This document shows, piece after piece, positions 55,614 to 64,000 of a stretch of DNA of 64,000 nucleotides. Source of the stretch: a virus; the IMG/VR virus record IMGVR_UViG_3300027770_000029. One strand, given 5' to 3'. Under the pieces are notes generated by a model that saw only the letters and a list, made by a program, of their open reading frames with translations, did not search any database and was not told the DNA's origin. A program made the position numbers and the translations under genes. The number at the start of each line of letters is the position of its first letter. The first letter of the stretch is position 1.

Positions 55614-56344
55614 TGCAGCTCACTGATTCACAGATCAGCTTCTTTAAAGAAAACGGTTACCTTCATTTGAAGAAGGTCTTTTCAGATGAAGAGTGTCAGG
55701 AAGCCATCGATGCGTCAGAAAAACACGCAAATGGTTTCTACACGAACTATCTTGATATGCACAAGAATGAAGTCTTTAGCAAGATTCATACCGGTAAGAA
55801 GATGTGTGATATCGGAGATAGCATCTTAAAGAATCGAGCGATTCCAATAGGAAGCATCTTTTTCTTCTGCAAGCCTAACAACTCTTTGGAAAACGGTTCA
55901 ACCTGGCATCAGGACAATTACGCCGGTAAAGCTCCGTTCGGATCTTACCTTAATTTAACGCTTTCTCTTGACGACGCTGACGAAGAGAACGGTTCTCTTA
56001 TGATCATACCTGGAAGTCACAAGCTGGGCGATCTGCCGTGTAATCCGAAAGCCAACTTTTCTGTTGACGAATCAGGAAGGCTGTATAATTCAGCTCCGAT
56101 CGGAAACAACTGTGAAATTCCAAAGGATCTCCCCGTTCTTCAGCTAAAATACGAGAAAGGAGACGTTCTCTGCGTGCACGGTCATCTTATCCACAAAGCG
56201 AATAAGAATCAGCATCCGACCCGCTGGCGTCGAACGATGTATTTCGTTTATATCAACGAAGGAGATCCATTCTGGCCTGGATGGACTGCCAAGAGAGAGT
56301 TGCTCGATCGTTACGATTCACCAAATTCATCTAAAATTGTCTGA
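55613..56344 (+). CDS. PhyH-family Fe(II)/2OG dioxygenase
   Basis: WHQD, PGSH, HG.LIH...N..R. Confidence 0.88.
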   Translation: MQLTDSQISFFKENGYLHLKKVFSDEECQEAIDASEKHANGFYTNYLDMHKNEVFSKIHTGKKMCDIGDSILKNRAIPIGSIFFFCKPNNSLENGSTWHQDNYAGKAPFGSYLNLTLSLDDADEENGSLMIIPGSHKLGDLPCNPKANFSVDESGRLYNSAPIGNNCEIPKDLPVLQLKYEKGDVLCVHGHLIHKANKNQHPTRWRRTMYFVYINEGDPFWPGWTAKRELLDRYDSPNSSKIV

Positions 56345-56356
56345 ACTGGAGACAAC

Positions 56357-57373
56357 GTGAAAAGAGCATTGATTACAGGAATAACGGGCATGGTCGGTTC
56401 TCATCTGGCAGATCATCTTCTCGAGAACACCGACTGGGATGTTCATGGAATGACGAGATGGGCTGATAGCACGAAAAACATCGATCATCTTGCAAGTAGG
56501 ATCAACGAGAGAGATCGTGTCTTTCTTCATAACGCCGACCTGAATGATTTCGCAAGCTTGATCTCGCTTGTGAATAAGGTTCAACCTGACTTTATCTTTC
56601 ACCTGGCAGCCCAGAGTTATCCGAAGACGAGTTTCGATTCTCCGCTGGAGACGCTTCAGACTAACATCATGGGAACTTGCGCGTTGCTTGAAGCTGTGAG
56701 AGTTTCAAAGACAAATCTCGAAAATACCGTGATTCATGTTTGCGCAAGCTCCGAGGTGTTTGGAAGAGTTCCTGCTGAGAAGCTACCGATTCACGAGGAT
56801 GTTAATTTTCATCCTGCTTCTCCCTACGCGATATCCAAAGTTGGGACTGATCTTATCGGTAGATTCTACGCTGAAGCCTACGGTATGAAGGTTATGACAA
56901 CAAGGATGTTCACTCATACTGGTCCTCGTCGTGGTGACGTTTTTGCAGAGTCATCATTTGCGAAGCAGATCGCTCTTATTGAGGCAGGTAAGATTCCACC
57001 TGTTCTAAAAGTTGGTAACCTTGATTCTCTTAGAACATGGTCAGACGTAAGAGACGCTGTTAGGGCTTATCATACTCTTGTGACTAAGGATCCGATCGCT
57101 GGTGAGTACTATAATATTGGTGGTTCTTACACTTGCACGGTAAGGCAGACGCTTGATTATCTTCTTAGCATCTCAACGCGAAAGGATATCAAAGTTGAAG
57201 TTGATCCTGAGAGGCTACGACCCATTGACGCCGATCTCCAGATACCTGACACACGTAAGTTCAAGAGCCATACTGGATGGGAGCCGCAGATCAGTTTTGA
57301 GAAAACTATGAATGATCTGCTCAACTATTGGAGAGATAGAGTATCCTCCGAAGAAAATTTCATTGTGAGGTAA
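56357..57373 (+). CDS. gmd: GDP-mannose 4,6-dehydratase family
   Basis: LITGITG, HLAAQS, ASSEVFG, SPYAISK, GNLDS.R.W. Confidence 0.88.
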   Translation: MKRALITGITGMVGSHLADHLLENTDWDVHGMTRWADSTKNIDHLASRINERDRVFLHNADLNDFASLISLVNKVQPDFIFHLAAQSYPKTSFDSPLETLQTNIMGTCALLEAVRVSKTNLENTVIHVCASSEVFGRVPAEKLPIHEDVNFHPASPYAISKVGTDLIGRFYAEAYGMKVMTTRMFTHTGPRRGDVFAESSFAKQIALIEAGKIPPVLKVGNLDSLRTWSDVRDAVRAYHTLVTKDPIAGEYYNIGGSYTCTVRQTLDYLLSISTRKDIKVEVDPERLRPIDADLQIPDTRKFKSHTGWEPQISFEKTMNDLLNYWRDRVSSEENFIVR

Positions 57374-57376
57374 CTG

Positions 57377-58141
57377 ATGTCTAATCGTAAAGTTCTGGTT
57401 GTCGGTGAATCTTGCCAGGACATTTTTGTCTATGGAGTCTCGAACAGGTTAGCACCTGAAGCGCCTGCTCCTGTGTTCCTTGAAGTTTCAAGGACGGAGA
57501 ATCCAGGGATGGCTATGAATGTTAAGCGCAATGTGAACTCTCTTGGAGTGGATTGCGATATCTGGACCAATGAAAATTGGGAAAGCATCACAAAGACCAG
57601 ATACATTGATGATAGAACCAATCATATGTTTCTTAGAGTCGATTGCAATGATAAAGCATTCAGTCGGATTGCAATCACGGATGAGATGCTAGAGAAAGTC
57701 TCAGAATATGACGTTGTAATTCTGTCAGATTACAATAAGGGCTTTTTATTGGAAAGCGATATCATCAAGATATCGTCCAGGAATAATGTCGTGCTCCTCG
57801 ATAGCAAAAAGATTCTTGGTGACTGGTGCGAGTACGTCAAATACGTTAAGATAAACGGAGACGAGTACTCTAAGACAAAGTCAGTTATCAGCGAAAGACT
57901 TTCGAAAAAGCTTATTGTCACCCTTGGGAAAGACGGATGCATTTTTCAATGTCAGAAATTCAGCGTTGATAGCGTAAGCGTTAAGGACGTTGCGGGCGCG
58001 GGTGACACGTTTATCTCAGCTCTTGCAGTTCAAATTTTGGCAGGAAAAGATCTTCCAGAATGCTTAAAGTTTGCTAATGATTGCGCAACAAAAGTCGTTC
58101 AGAAGCGAGGAGTCTCAACGCCAAATGACCGTCTGGACTAA
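57377..58141 (+). CDS. PfkB-family sugar kinase (HldE kinase-like)
   Basis: RLAPEAP, SDYNKG, DVAGAGDTF. Confidence 0.9.
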   Translation: MSNRKVLVVGESCQDIFVYGVSNRLAPEAPAPVFLEVSRTENPGMAMNVKRNVNSLGVDCDIWTNENWESITKTRYIDDRTNHMFLRVDCNDKAFSRIAITDEMLEKVSEYDVVILSDYNKGFLLESDIIKISSRNNVVLLDSKKILGDWCEYVKYVKINGDEYSKTKSVISERLSKKLIVTLGKDGCIFQCQKFSVDSVSVKDVAGAGDTFISALAVQILAGKDLPECLKFANDCATKVVQKRGVSTPNDRLD

Positions 58142-58514
58142 CGGATGCTTTGATTTCATACACGCTGGTCATGTTGAAATGCTGCAATACGCTCGCAGCC
58201 TGGGCGACAGACTTGTTGTAGGTCTTGACACTGACGAACGTGTGAAAAAGTCAAAAGGAGAAAACAGACCCATTCATTGCTTGCAGCAGAGGATGAAAGT
58301 TATCTCCTCGTTGAAGTTTGTTGATGAGGTCGTTCGCTTCTCAAGCGATGAAGAGTTGATCCAGAGGATCAAAGAGTCAGGAGCTAAATTGATAGTGGTG
58401 GGTTCGGACTATCAAAATAAGAGAGTGATTGGAAGCGAAATTGTTGACGTAAAATTCTTTGATAGGATCAAAGATCTTTCAAGTACGAGGATAATTGATG
58501 AGAATTGTCTTTGA
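58125..58514 (+). CDS. Cytidylyl/adenylyltransferase (HldE C-terminal-like)
   Basis: NGCFDFIHAGH, KG..RP, GSDY, SST. Confidence 0.9.
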   Translation: MTVWTNGCFDFIHAGHVEMLQYARSLGDRLVVGLDTDERVKKSKGENRPIHCLQQRMKVISSLKFVDEVVRFSSDEELIQRIKESGAKLIVVGSDYQNKRVIGSEIVDVKFFDRIKDLSSTRIIDENCL

Positions 58515-58818
58515 TTTAGATGGAACTCTTTGTAACAACACTGAGGGTAACTACGCTCTGGCAGTTCCAAATCTTAAGAGAATATCAAAAGTGAATGAGC
58601 TTTTCGAATCCGGAAATCACATTACAATATTCACTGCTAGAGGTATGGGAAGAACTGGCGGCGACGTTTCGAAAGTTAAAAGCATGTTTGAAGATTTGAC
58701 AAGAAAGCAATTGAGCGACTGGGGCGTGAAATTTCATGATCTAATTCTTGGCAAGCCTTCCGCTGACATTTACATTGACGACAAAGGAGAATCAGATGTT
58801 AACTTTTTCAAAGAGTAA
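58495..58818 (+). CDS. Capsule-biosynthesis HAD phosphatase
   Basis: FDLDGTL, TARG, GKP.ADIYIDDK. Confidence 0.88.
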   Translation: MMRIVFDLDGTLCNNTEGNYALAVPNLKRISKVNELFESGNHITIFTARGMGRTGGDVSKVKSMFEDLTRKQLSDWGVKFHDLILGKPSADIYIDDKGESDVNFFKE

Positions 58819-59161
58819 GGGCGAATTTCACAAGAAGGGCTGGGGACACGAAGAGTGGGTCGCTAACTCTGAAAAGTACTGCGGGAAAATTCTTCGCTTT
58901 GAGGCTGGTAAGAGGTGCAGCTGGCACTATCACAACATCAAAGATGAAGTTTTCTATCTTCTTAGCGGAAAGTTAGAGCTTAAAGTTTCTCATGGCGATG
59001 ACCTTCAGGAAGCTCAAACTCTAATGCTTGAGAAGGGTGACGTTTTTCATGTCACAACTGGAATGAGACACCAGATGATAGCAATTGAAGACTCAGAGCT
59101 GCTAGAGGTTTCAACTCAGCACTTTGAAGAAGATTCTATTCGTCTGAAAAAGGGAGATTGA
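58796..59161 (+). CDS. Cupin-domain protein
   Basis: KGWGHE, SWHYH, DEVF, RHQM. Confidence 0.88.
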   Translation: MLTFSKSKGEFHKKGWGHEEWVANSEKYCGKILRFEAGKRCSWHYHNIKDEVFYLLSGKLELKVSHGDDLQEAQTLMLEKGDVFHVTTGMRHQMIAIEDSELLEVSTQHFEEDSIRLKKGD

Positions 59162-59203
59162 AAAAGCTCATTTTCTGATCTAGTATTTGAGCATGGAGTC
59201 AAA

Positions 59204-60175
59204 ATGAGCATTGGCGTAATTGGTCAAGGATTTGTCGGTGGAAGTCTTACGACCGTTTTTTCCGAACGTGGTGAGACAGTTTTCGTGTATGACAAGGCTG
59301 GGAAGCTTGCAACCGGCGGAATCAACGGATTTAAGCAGAGCAACTCGACCAAAGTTCTTTACCCTGGATCTATCGCTGAGTTTGTTCAGCAGTGTGAAGG
59401 AAAGTCTGGATTCTCGGGGGTGTTTTTCTTATGCGTCCCAACTCCTATGTATGAGGACGGTTCTCCCGACGTCTCAATTGTAGAGGACGTTCTTGAGCTT
59501 GTTTGCGAGGCTCCGTACTCCTCTGACTCTCCTCAGCGAATTGCAGTTATCAAGTCAACTGTTCCACCGGGTTCGACTGAGTGTTGGAACAAGATGTTCA
59601 ACGATCGTGGTCTCCACGTCGTGTTCAATCCCGAGTTTCTGACTGAGGCAAACGCTGTGAATGACATGCGCGAGCAGAATCGAATTGTTCTCGGTGGACC
59701 TCGTCCGCATATCAATACCGTCCGAAACGTATTCCAGCGTGCGTTTCCGAAGATTCCCATCATCAAGACGAGCTCCACCACTGCGGAGATGGTGAAGTAC
59801 GTGACAAACTGCATGCTTGCAGTGAAGGTCTCGTTTGCGAATGAGATCGCGCAGGTTTGCGAGGCTCTTGATGCTGATGGTCTCAACATCGATTACGACA
59901 AGGTGGTCGAGTATGCCAAGGTTGATCGTCGTCTCGGTGAGACGCACTGGTCCGTTCCTGGTCCCGTCCCGACGCATGATGGTCGTTACGTCCGAGGTTT
60001 TGGTGGTCACTGCTTCCCGAAAGACATCAACGCGCTCATGAGCGTTGCTCGTAAGTACGACATTGATCCGACTGTTATGCAGGCTGCATGGGATAAGAAT
60101 CTCGAGGTTCGTGGTCCTGATGATCGCGACTGGGAGAAGCAGGTCGGTCGCGCAGTCAGCAAGCGGAGGCAGTGA
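59204..60175 (+). CDS. ugd: UDP-glucose/GDP-mannose dehydrogenase family (lacks the usual C-terminal domain)
   Basis: GQGFVG, CVPTP, KSTVPPG, NPEFL, GFGGHCFPKD. Confidence 0.85.
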   Translation: MSIGVIGQGFVGGSLTTVFSERGETVFVYDKAGKLATGGINGFKQSNSTKVLYPGSIAEFVQQCEGKSGFSGVFFLCVPTPMYEDGSPDVSIVEDVLELVCEAPYSSDSPQRIAVIKSTVPPGSTECWNKMFNDRGLHVVFNPEFLTEANAVNDMREQNRIVLGGPRPHINTVRNVFQRAFPKIPIIKTSSTTAEMVKYVTNCMLAVKVSFANEIAQVCEALDADGLNIDYDKVVEYAKVDRRLGETHWSVPGPVPTHDGRYVRGFGGHCFPKDINALMSVARKYDIDPTVMQAAWDKNLEVRGPDDRDWEKQVGRAVSKRRQ

Positions 60176-61050
60176 TGAAAGCGCTTGTAACGGGTGGAGC
60201 TGGATTCATCGGCTCCCATGTGGTTGATGCTCTAATCGCACGCGGTGATGAGGTCATTTGCGTTGACGATAAGTCTGCTCCTCAGAATCAGATATTCTAC
60301 TGGAATGATGCAGCGACAAATATCAACGCTGATATTCGCAATCTTGACGAGAGCGTTTATCATGGCGTTGACGTTGTGTTTCATCTTGCTGCTCGATCCA
60401 GGATCCAACCGACCGTTAACAATCCTTCGGAATGTTTCTCTGTCAATGTTCTTGGAACACAGCGCGTGCTGGAGCTCAGCAGGTTAGCAGGCGTGAAGAG
60501 AGTTGTTTACTCAGCTTCATCTTCCTACTACGGTCATGCATCGCTGCCACCGTTTCTTGAGTATGCTCCAAAGGGTTGCGCTACCCCGTATTCTCTTTCC
60601 AAATGGCAGGGTGAAGAAGTCTGCGATCTTTACACCAAGTTGTACGGTCTTTCGACTGTGTCTCTGCGATACTTCAATGTCTACGGTCCTCGTGAACCTC
60701 TGAAGGGTGAGTACGCACCAGTTATGGGCCTGTTCAAACGACAGAAGGAAGCTGGACAACCGATGACGATCGTGGGTGACGGGAAGCAGCGTCGGGATTT
60801 CACACACATCAGCGATGCTGTTGAGGCGAACTTGTTAGCAGCAGAGAAGCTGAATGTAACTGGTCCAGTGAACATCGGAACGGGTCGAAACTACTCTATC
60901 AATGATCTCGCCGTTATGATCGGAGGAGACCGTATCTACGTTGCTGAGAGAGTCGGAGAGACTCGTGAGACCCTAGCAAACAACATGCGAGCTCGTGAGG
61001 AGCTCGGCTGGACTCCGAAGGTTGTGCTAGAGGACTATCTTAAGCAGTAG
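60172..61050 (+). CDS. NAD-dependent epimerase (UDP-glucose 4-epimerase-like)
   Basis: GGAGFIG, PYSLSK, LRYFNVYGP. Confidence 0.9.
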   Translation: MMKALVTGGAGFIGSHVVDALIARGDEVICVDDKSAPQNQIFYWNDAATNINADIRNLDESVYHGVDVVFHLAARSRIQPTVNNPSECFSVNVLGTQRVLELSRLAGVKRVVYSASSSYYGHASLPPFLEYAPKGCATPYSLSKWQGEEVCDLYTKLYGLSTVSLRYFNVYGPREPLKGEYAPVMGLFKRQKEAGQPMTIVGDGKQRRDFTHISDAVEANLLAAEKLNVTGPVNIGTGRNYSINDLAVMIGGDRIYVAERVGETRETLANNMRAREELGWTPKVVLEDYLKQ

Positions 61051-61096
61051 CTGATCTGGAGCTTAAAAAGTGGTCGTACGTGGTTTAATATAAGCC

Positions 61097-62194
61097 ATGT
61101 ACGACTATCTCATTATTGGCGCCGGTCTTTTCGGAAGTGTTTTTGCTCATGAAGCTCGTCGTAAGGGCAAGCAGGTTCTTCTGATAGACAAACGCGAGCA
61201 CATCGGCGGAAACTGCTACAGCGAGCGTCGTGAAGGAATTGACGTTCACAAGTACGGCCCACACATCTTCCATACATCCGATGACCGGATCTGGAAGTTC
61301 ATGAATCAATTCACTGAGTTCAACAATTTCACGTTGCGACCGAAGGTCAAGCACGGGGACAAGCTGTACTCGTTCCCGATCAACCTGATGACCCTGCATC
61401 AGGTGTGGGGAGTGACCAGCCCGGATGAGGCAGTCAAAAAGCTGAATGAGGTTCGTGTTCCATGCGAGAACCCTCGTAATCTTGAGGAGTGGATCCTCTC
61501 CCAAGTTGGTCCTGAAATTTACGAGATCTTCATTCGAGGCTACACGATGAAGCAGTGGATGCGCGATCCTAAAGATCTACCTGCATCGATCATCAAGCGT
61601 CTTCCGATTAGGATGACTTTTGATGACAACTACTTCAACGATACGTACCAGGGAATTCCAAAGGAGGGATACACCAGTATCTTCAAGTCGATGCTGCAGG
61701 GATGCGATCTCGCTCTTAACGAGGATTACTTTAAGGATAGAGATCGTTGGAACTCGATGGCGAAGCGTATCGTATACACTGGAAAGATTGACGAGTTCTT
61801 CAATTACAAGTTCGGCGATCTCGAGTATCGTTCGCTTCGGTTTGAGGAGGAACGCCGTGATGGTGATTTCCAAGGCAACGCTATCATCAACTACGGTGAA
61901 GCTGGGATCCCATACACACGGATCACTGAGCACAAGCATTTCACCCCAGAACGTCTTGATAAGCTGACAAGCACGATCTATACTAGAGAGTACCCGATCG
62001 CGTGGAGTCGAGACGCGACTCCCTACTATCCAATCGGCGATGAAAAAAACAATGAGGTTTATCGAATGTACAAGGAAGCAGCTGAGAGTGAGTCAAACGT
62101 GATATTCGGTGGTCGTCTTGCCGAGTACAAGTACTACGACATGCATCAGGTTGTTGGATCCGCCCTGCAGAAGTCGCGGAGGGAGCTTGTCTGA
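61097..62194 (+). CDS. glf: UDP-galactopyranose mutase
   Basis: GAGLFG, IGGNCY, HKYGPHIFH, GRLAEYKYYDMHQ. Confidence 0.96.
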   Translation: MYDYLIIGAGLFGSVFAHEARRKGKQVLLIDKREHIGGNCYSERREGIDVHKYGPHIFHTSDDRIWKFMNQFTEFNNFTLRPKVKHGDKLYSFPINLMTLHQVWGVTSPDEAVKKLNEVRVPCENPRNLEEWILSQVGPEIYEIFIRGYTMKQWMRDPKDLPASIIKRLPIRMTFDDNYFNDTYQGIPKEGYTSIFKSMLQGCDLALNEDYFKDRDRWNSMAKRIVYTGKIDEFFNYKFGDLEYRSLRFEEERRDGDFQGNAIINYGEAGIPYTRITEHKHFTPERLDKLTSTIYTREYPIAWSRDATPYYPIGDEKNNEVYRMYKEAAESESNVIFGGRLAEYKYYDMHQVVGSALQKSRRELV

Positions 62195-62981
62195 TACTCT
62201 TCTACCTACTGGTAAAGCTCACGTCTCGTACTCGGAAGTCCGAAATTGGAATGAGTGTCCATTCAGGCACTATCTCCAGCAGATCAAGAAGATCAACCTC
62301 GATAAGCCGAGTGAGCATCTTGATTTTGGAACGTCTGTTCACTCAGCCTGTGAAGGTTACCTGAAGACACGAGTCATGGACGTCGATCGTTGCCTGATGG
62401 ACATCGTTTCAGCTTGGGATTCCAAGGGATTCCCTGAGGTTGAGAAGTGGGCGACATGGGCAAAGAATGCGCTCGAGGAAGTTCCTGCATGGCTTGATGA
62501 GACTTTCCCAGGGTGGGAGACGGTGTCTGCCGAGGAAGCGCTCTACGAGTCGATTGAGGATCGAGATGCTTACTTCAAGGGATTCGTTGACTGCATCATC
62601 AAGGTTCCTCGTGAGAAGGGTGGTTACGATCTCTGGGTTCTAGACTGGAAGACGGCGGGCGCAGGGGGCTGGTCAGCAGACAAGAAGCAGAACCCACTCA
62701 CCCTAGCGCAGGTTGCTCTCTACAAGTCCTACCTGATGAACAAGCATAGGGATCTTTTTGACGGCGCTCGCTATGTTAAGTGTGGATACATCCTTCTGAA
62801 GAAGGGAGCGAAACCCGGAAAGTGCGTTGAACTCTTCACTGTATCTGTCGGACCTGTGGCGATGCAGAAAGCGAACAAACTTGTCTCGAACACTATCGCT
62901 GGGATGCGTAAGGGCGTGAAAGTCAAGAATCGACAGTCATGCTTGTACTGCCCTTACGTGAACACAGAACACTGCACCTAA
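62187..62981 (+). CDS. Cas4/AddB-like PD-(D/E)XK exonuclease
   Basis: CPF, GFVDCII...LDWKT, CLYCP...C. Confidence 0.85.
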   Translation: MSDTLLPTGKAHVSYSEVRNWNECPFRHYLQQIKKINLDKPSEHLDFGTSVHSACEGYLKTRVMDVDRCLMDIVSAWDSKGFPEVEKWATWAKNALEEVPAWLDETFPGWETVSAEEALYESIEDRDAYFKGFVDCIIKVPREKGGYDLWVLDWKTAGAGGWSADKKQNPLTLAQVALYKSYLMNKHRDLFDGARYVKCGYILLKKGAKPGKCVELFTVSVGPVAMQKANKLVSNTIAGMRKGVKVKNRQSCLYCPYVNTEHCT

Positions 62982-63028
62982 TTTACTTATTGCGCAGAAA
63001 TCATAGTTTTCTTCAAGGAGGCAATTTC

Positions 63029-64000
63029 TTGCGTAAGAAGAAGATTTTAGTCCTATCAGATCATGCTCTTTCAACGTCTGGCGTTGGAACTCAAACAAGG
63101 CATCTCATAAATGGACTTCTCCAGAAGGGAGAATGGACATTTAGGCAGTTCGGAGCAGCGATGAAGCACGCTGATTATCGAACCATTGTCGTTAATGAAG
63201 ATTTCATCATCAAACCCATTGACGGATTCGGTACGAAGGAGATGCTCAGGATCACTCTAGCAACAGAGAAGCCCGATCTTATCCTAATATTCACGGACCC
63301 GCGTTTCTTTACGTGGCTTTTTGAGATGGAAGACGAGATACACCAGGTCTGTCCAATAGCATGGTGGCACGTTTGGGACAACTGGCCGAAGCCTTCGTTC
63401 AATGCTCCCTTCTATAAATCGACAGATCTAATCAACTGTCACTCGTACCTTACATACGAAATCTGTAAGCAAGACTTTCCAGAGAAGACAAACTTCGTTC
63501 CGCACGCTCTTCCAGATCAGCTTTTTTACCCGCTTCCAGAATCTCAGATCAAGATAAACAAGCGTGAAATTTTAGGAGAGAGCAAGAAGGACTTCTTCAC
63601 TCTTTTTTGGGTCAACAGAAATGCCCGTCGTAAGAGACCCTCTGATGTGATCGAAGCTTGGTCTATCTTCATTAAGAGAATGATCGCTCAAGGTAAGAAA
63701 GACGCAGTTCTTATCATGCACACAGATCCTTTCGACCAAGAGGGCCCGAATCTTCACGAAGTTGTCAAGATGTTCGGAGTTCAAGATAGCGTTATCTTTT
63801 CAACTGACAGAATAGACTTTGAAAAGATGAATGTCCTGCACAACATCTCAGATGCTTGCATGAACATCTCATACGCAGAGGGATTCGGTCTCCCGACTCT
63901 TGAGGCTATGCAATGTGGAAATCCGATTATCGCTGTTAAAACTGGAGGCCTGACTAGGCAGGTTGTCGATCATCGAGATGGAACTGAGAATGGAATAGCT
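63029..64000 (+). CDS. GT4-type glycosyltransferase (3'-truncated by the window edge)
   Basis: TTG start MRKKKILVLSDH..TSGVG; NRN..RKR; EGFGLPTLEAM. Confidence 0.9.
   Translation, partial: MRKKKILVLSDHALSTSGVGTQTRHLINGLLQKGEWTFRQFGAAMKHADYRTIVVNEDFIIKPIDGFGTKEMLRITLATEKPDLILIFTDPRFFTWLFEMEDEIHQVCPIAWWHVWDNWPKPSFNAPFYKSTDLINCHSYLTYEICKQDFPEKTNFVPHALPDQLFYPLPESQIKINKREILGESKKDFFTLFWVNRNARRKRPSDVIEAWSIFIKRMIAQGKKDAVLIMHTDPFDQEGPNLHEVVKMFGVQDSVIFSTDRIDFEKMNVLHNISDACMNISYAEGFGLPTLEAMQCGNPIIAVKTGGLTRQVVDHRDGTENGIA

Noticed and set aside
62187-62981. Cas4-like nuclease suggesting a CRISPR system
   Set aside because: No array or other cas genes in the window; solo Cas4/AddB-like exonucleases are common in phages

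Overview
This window is a segment of a large, uncultured tailed dsDNA bacteriophage genome (jumbo-phage-like), read in the standard genetic code. It contains no cellular core genes. Layout: (1) 1-3804 is a GC-rich early-type region of short ORFs. Twelve ORFs each carry their own copy of a sigma70-type promoter (GTGCAA-N17-TATAAC/TATATT/TATAGT/TATACT) and an AAGGAG RBS; the first ORF is cut by the window edge. (2) 3810-4200 is a non-coding junction rich in GGGCCC palindromes and A/T tracts. (3) 4237-12198 holds mostly hypothetical proteins, many with a terminal 'IRRIIREE'-like peptide and an upstream ATANTTA motif (putative late promoter). (4) 12267-24620 is a tRNA island with 18 tRNA or tRNA-like genes. 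Two tRNAs (Asn-GTT, Lys-TTT) carry related group I introns at position 35/36. The island also has four free-standing endonuclease genes (three read into the following tRNA), several unexplained structured RNAs, Asp/Thr/Gly-rich lipoproteins and a di-haem cytochrome c peroxidase. (5) 24634-34054 encodes a lysozyme-like protein, DinG-type helicase, NUDIX hydrolase, divergent chaperonin, Hc1 histone-like protein, a sigma-region-4 protein and PhoH. (6) 34084-40842 encodes Ser/Thr/Gly-rich tail-fibre-like proteins with shared modules. (7) 40917-64000 is a ~23 kb nucleotide-sugar and glycosyltransferase cluster. All calls are by eye from sequence motifs; no database search was run.
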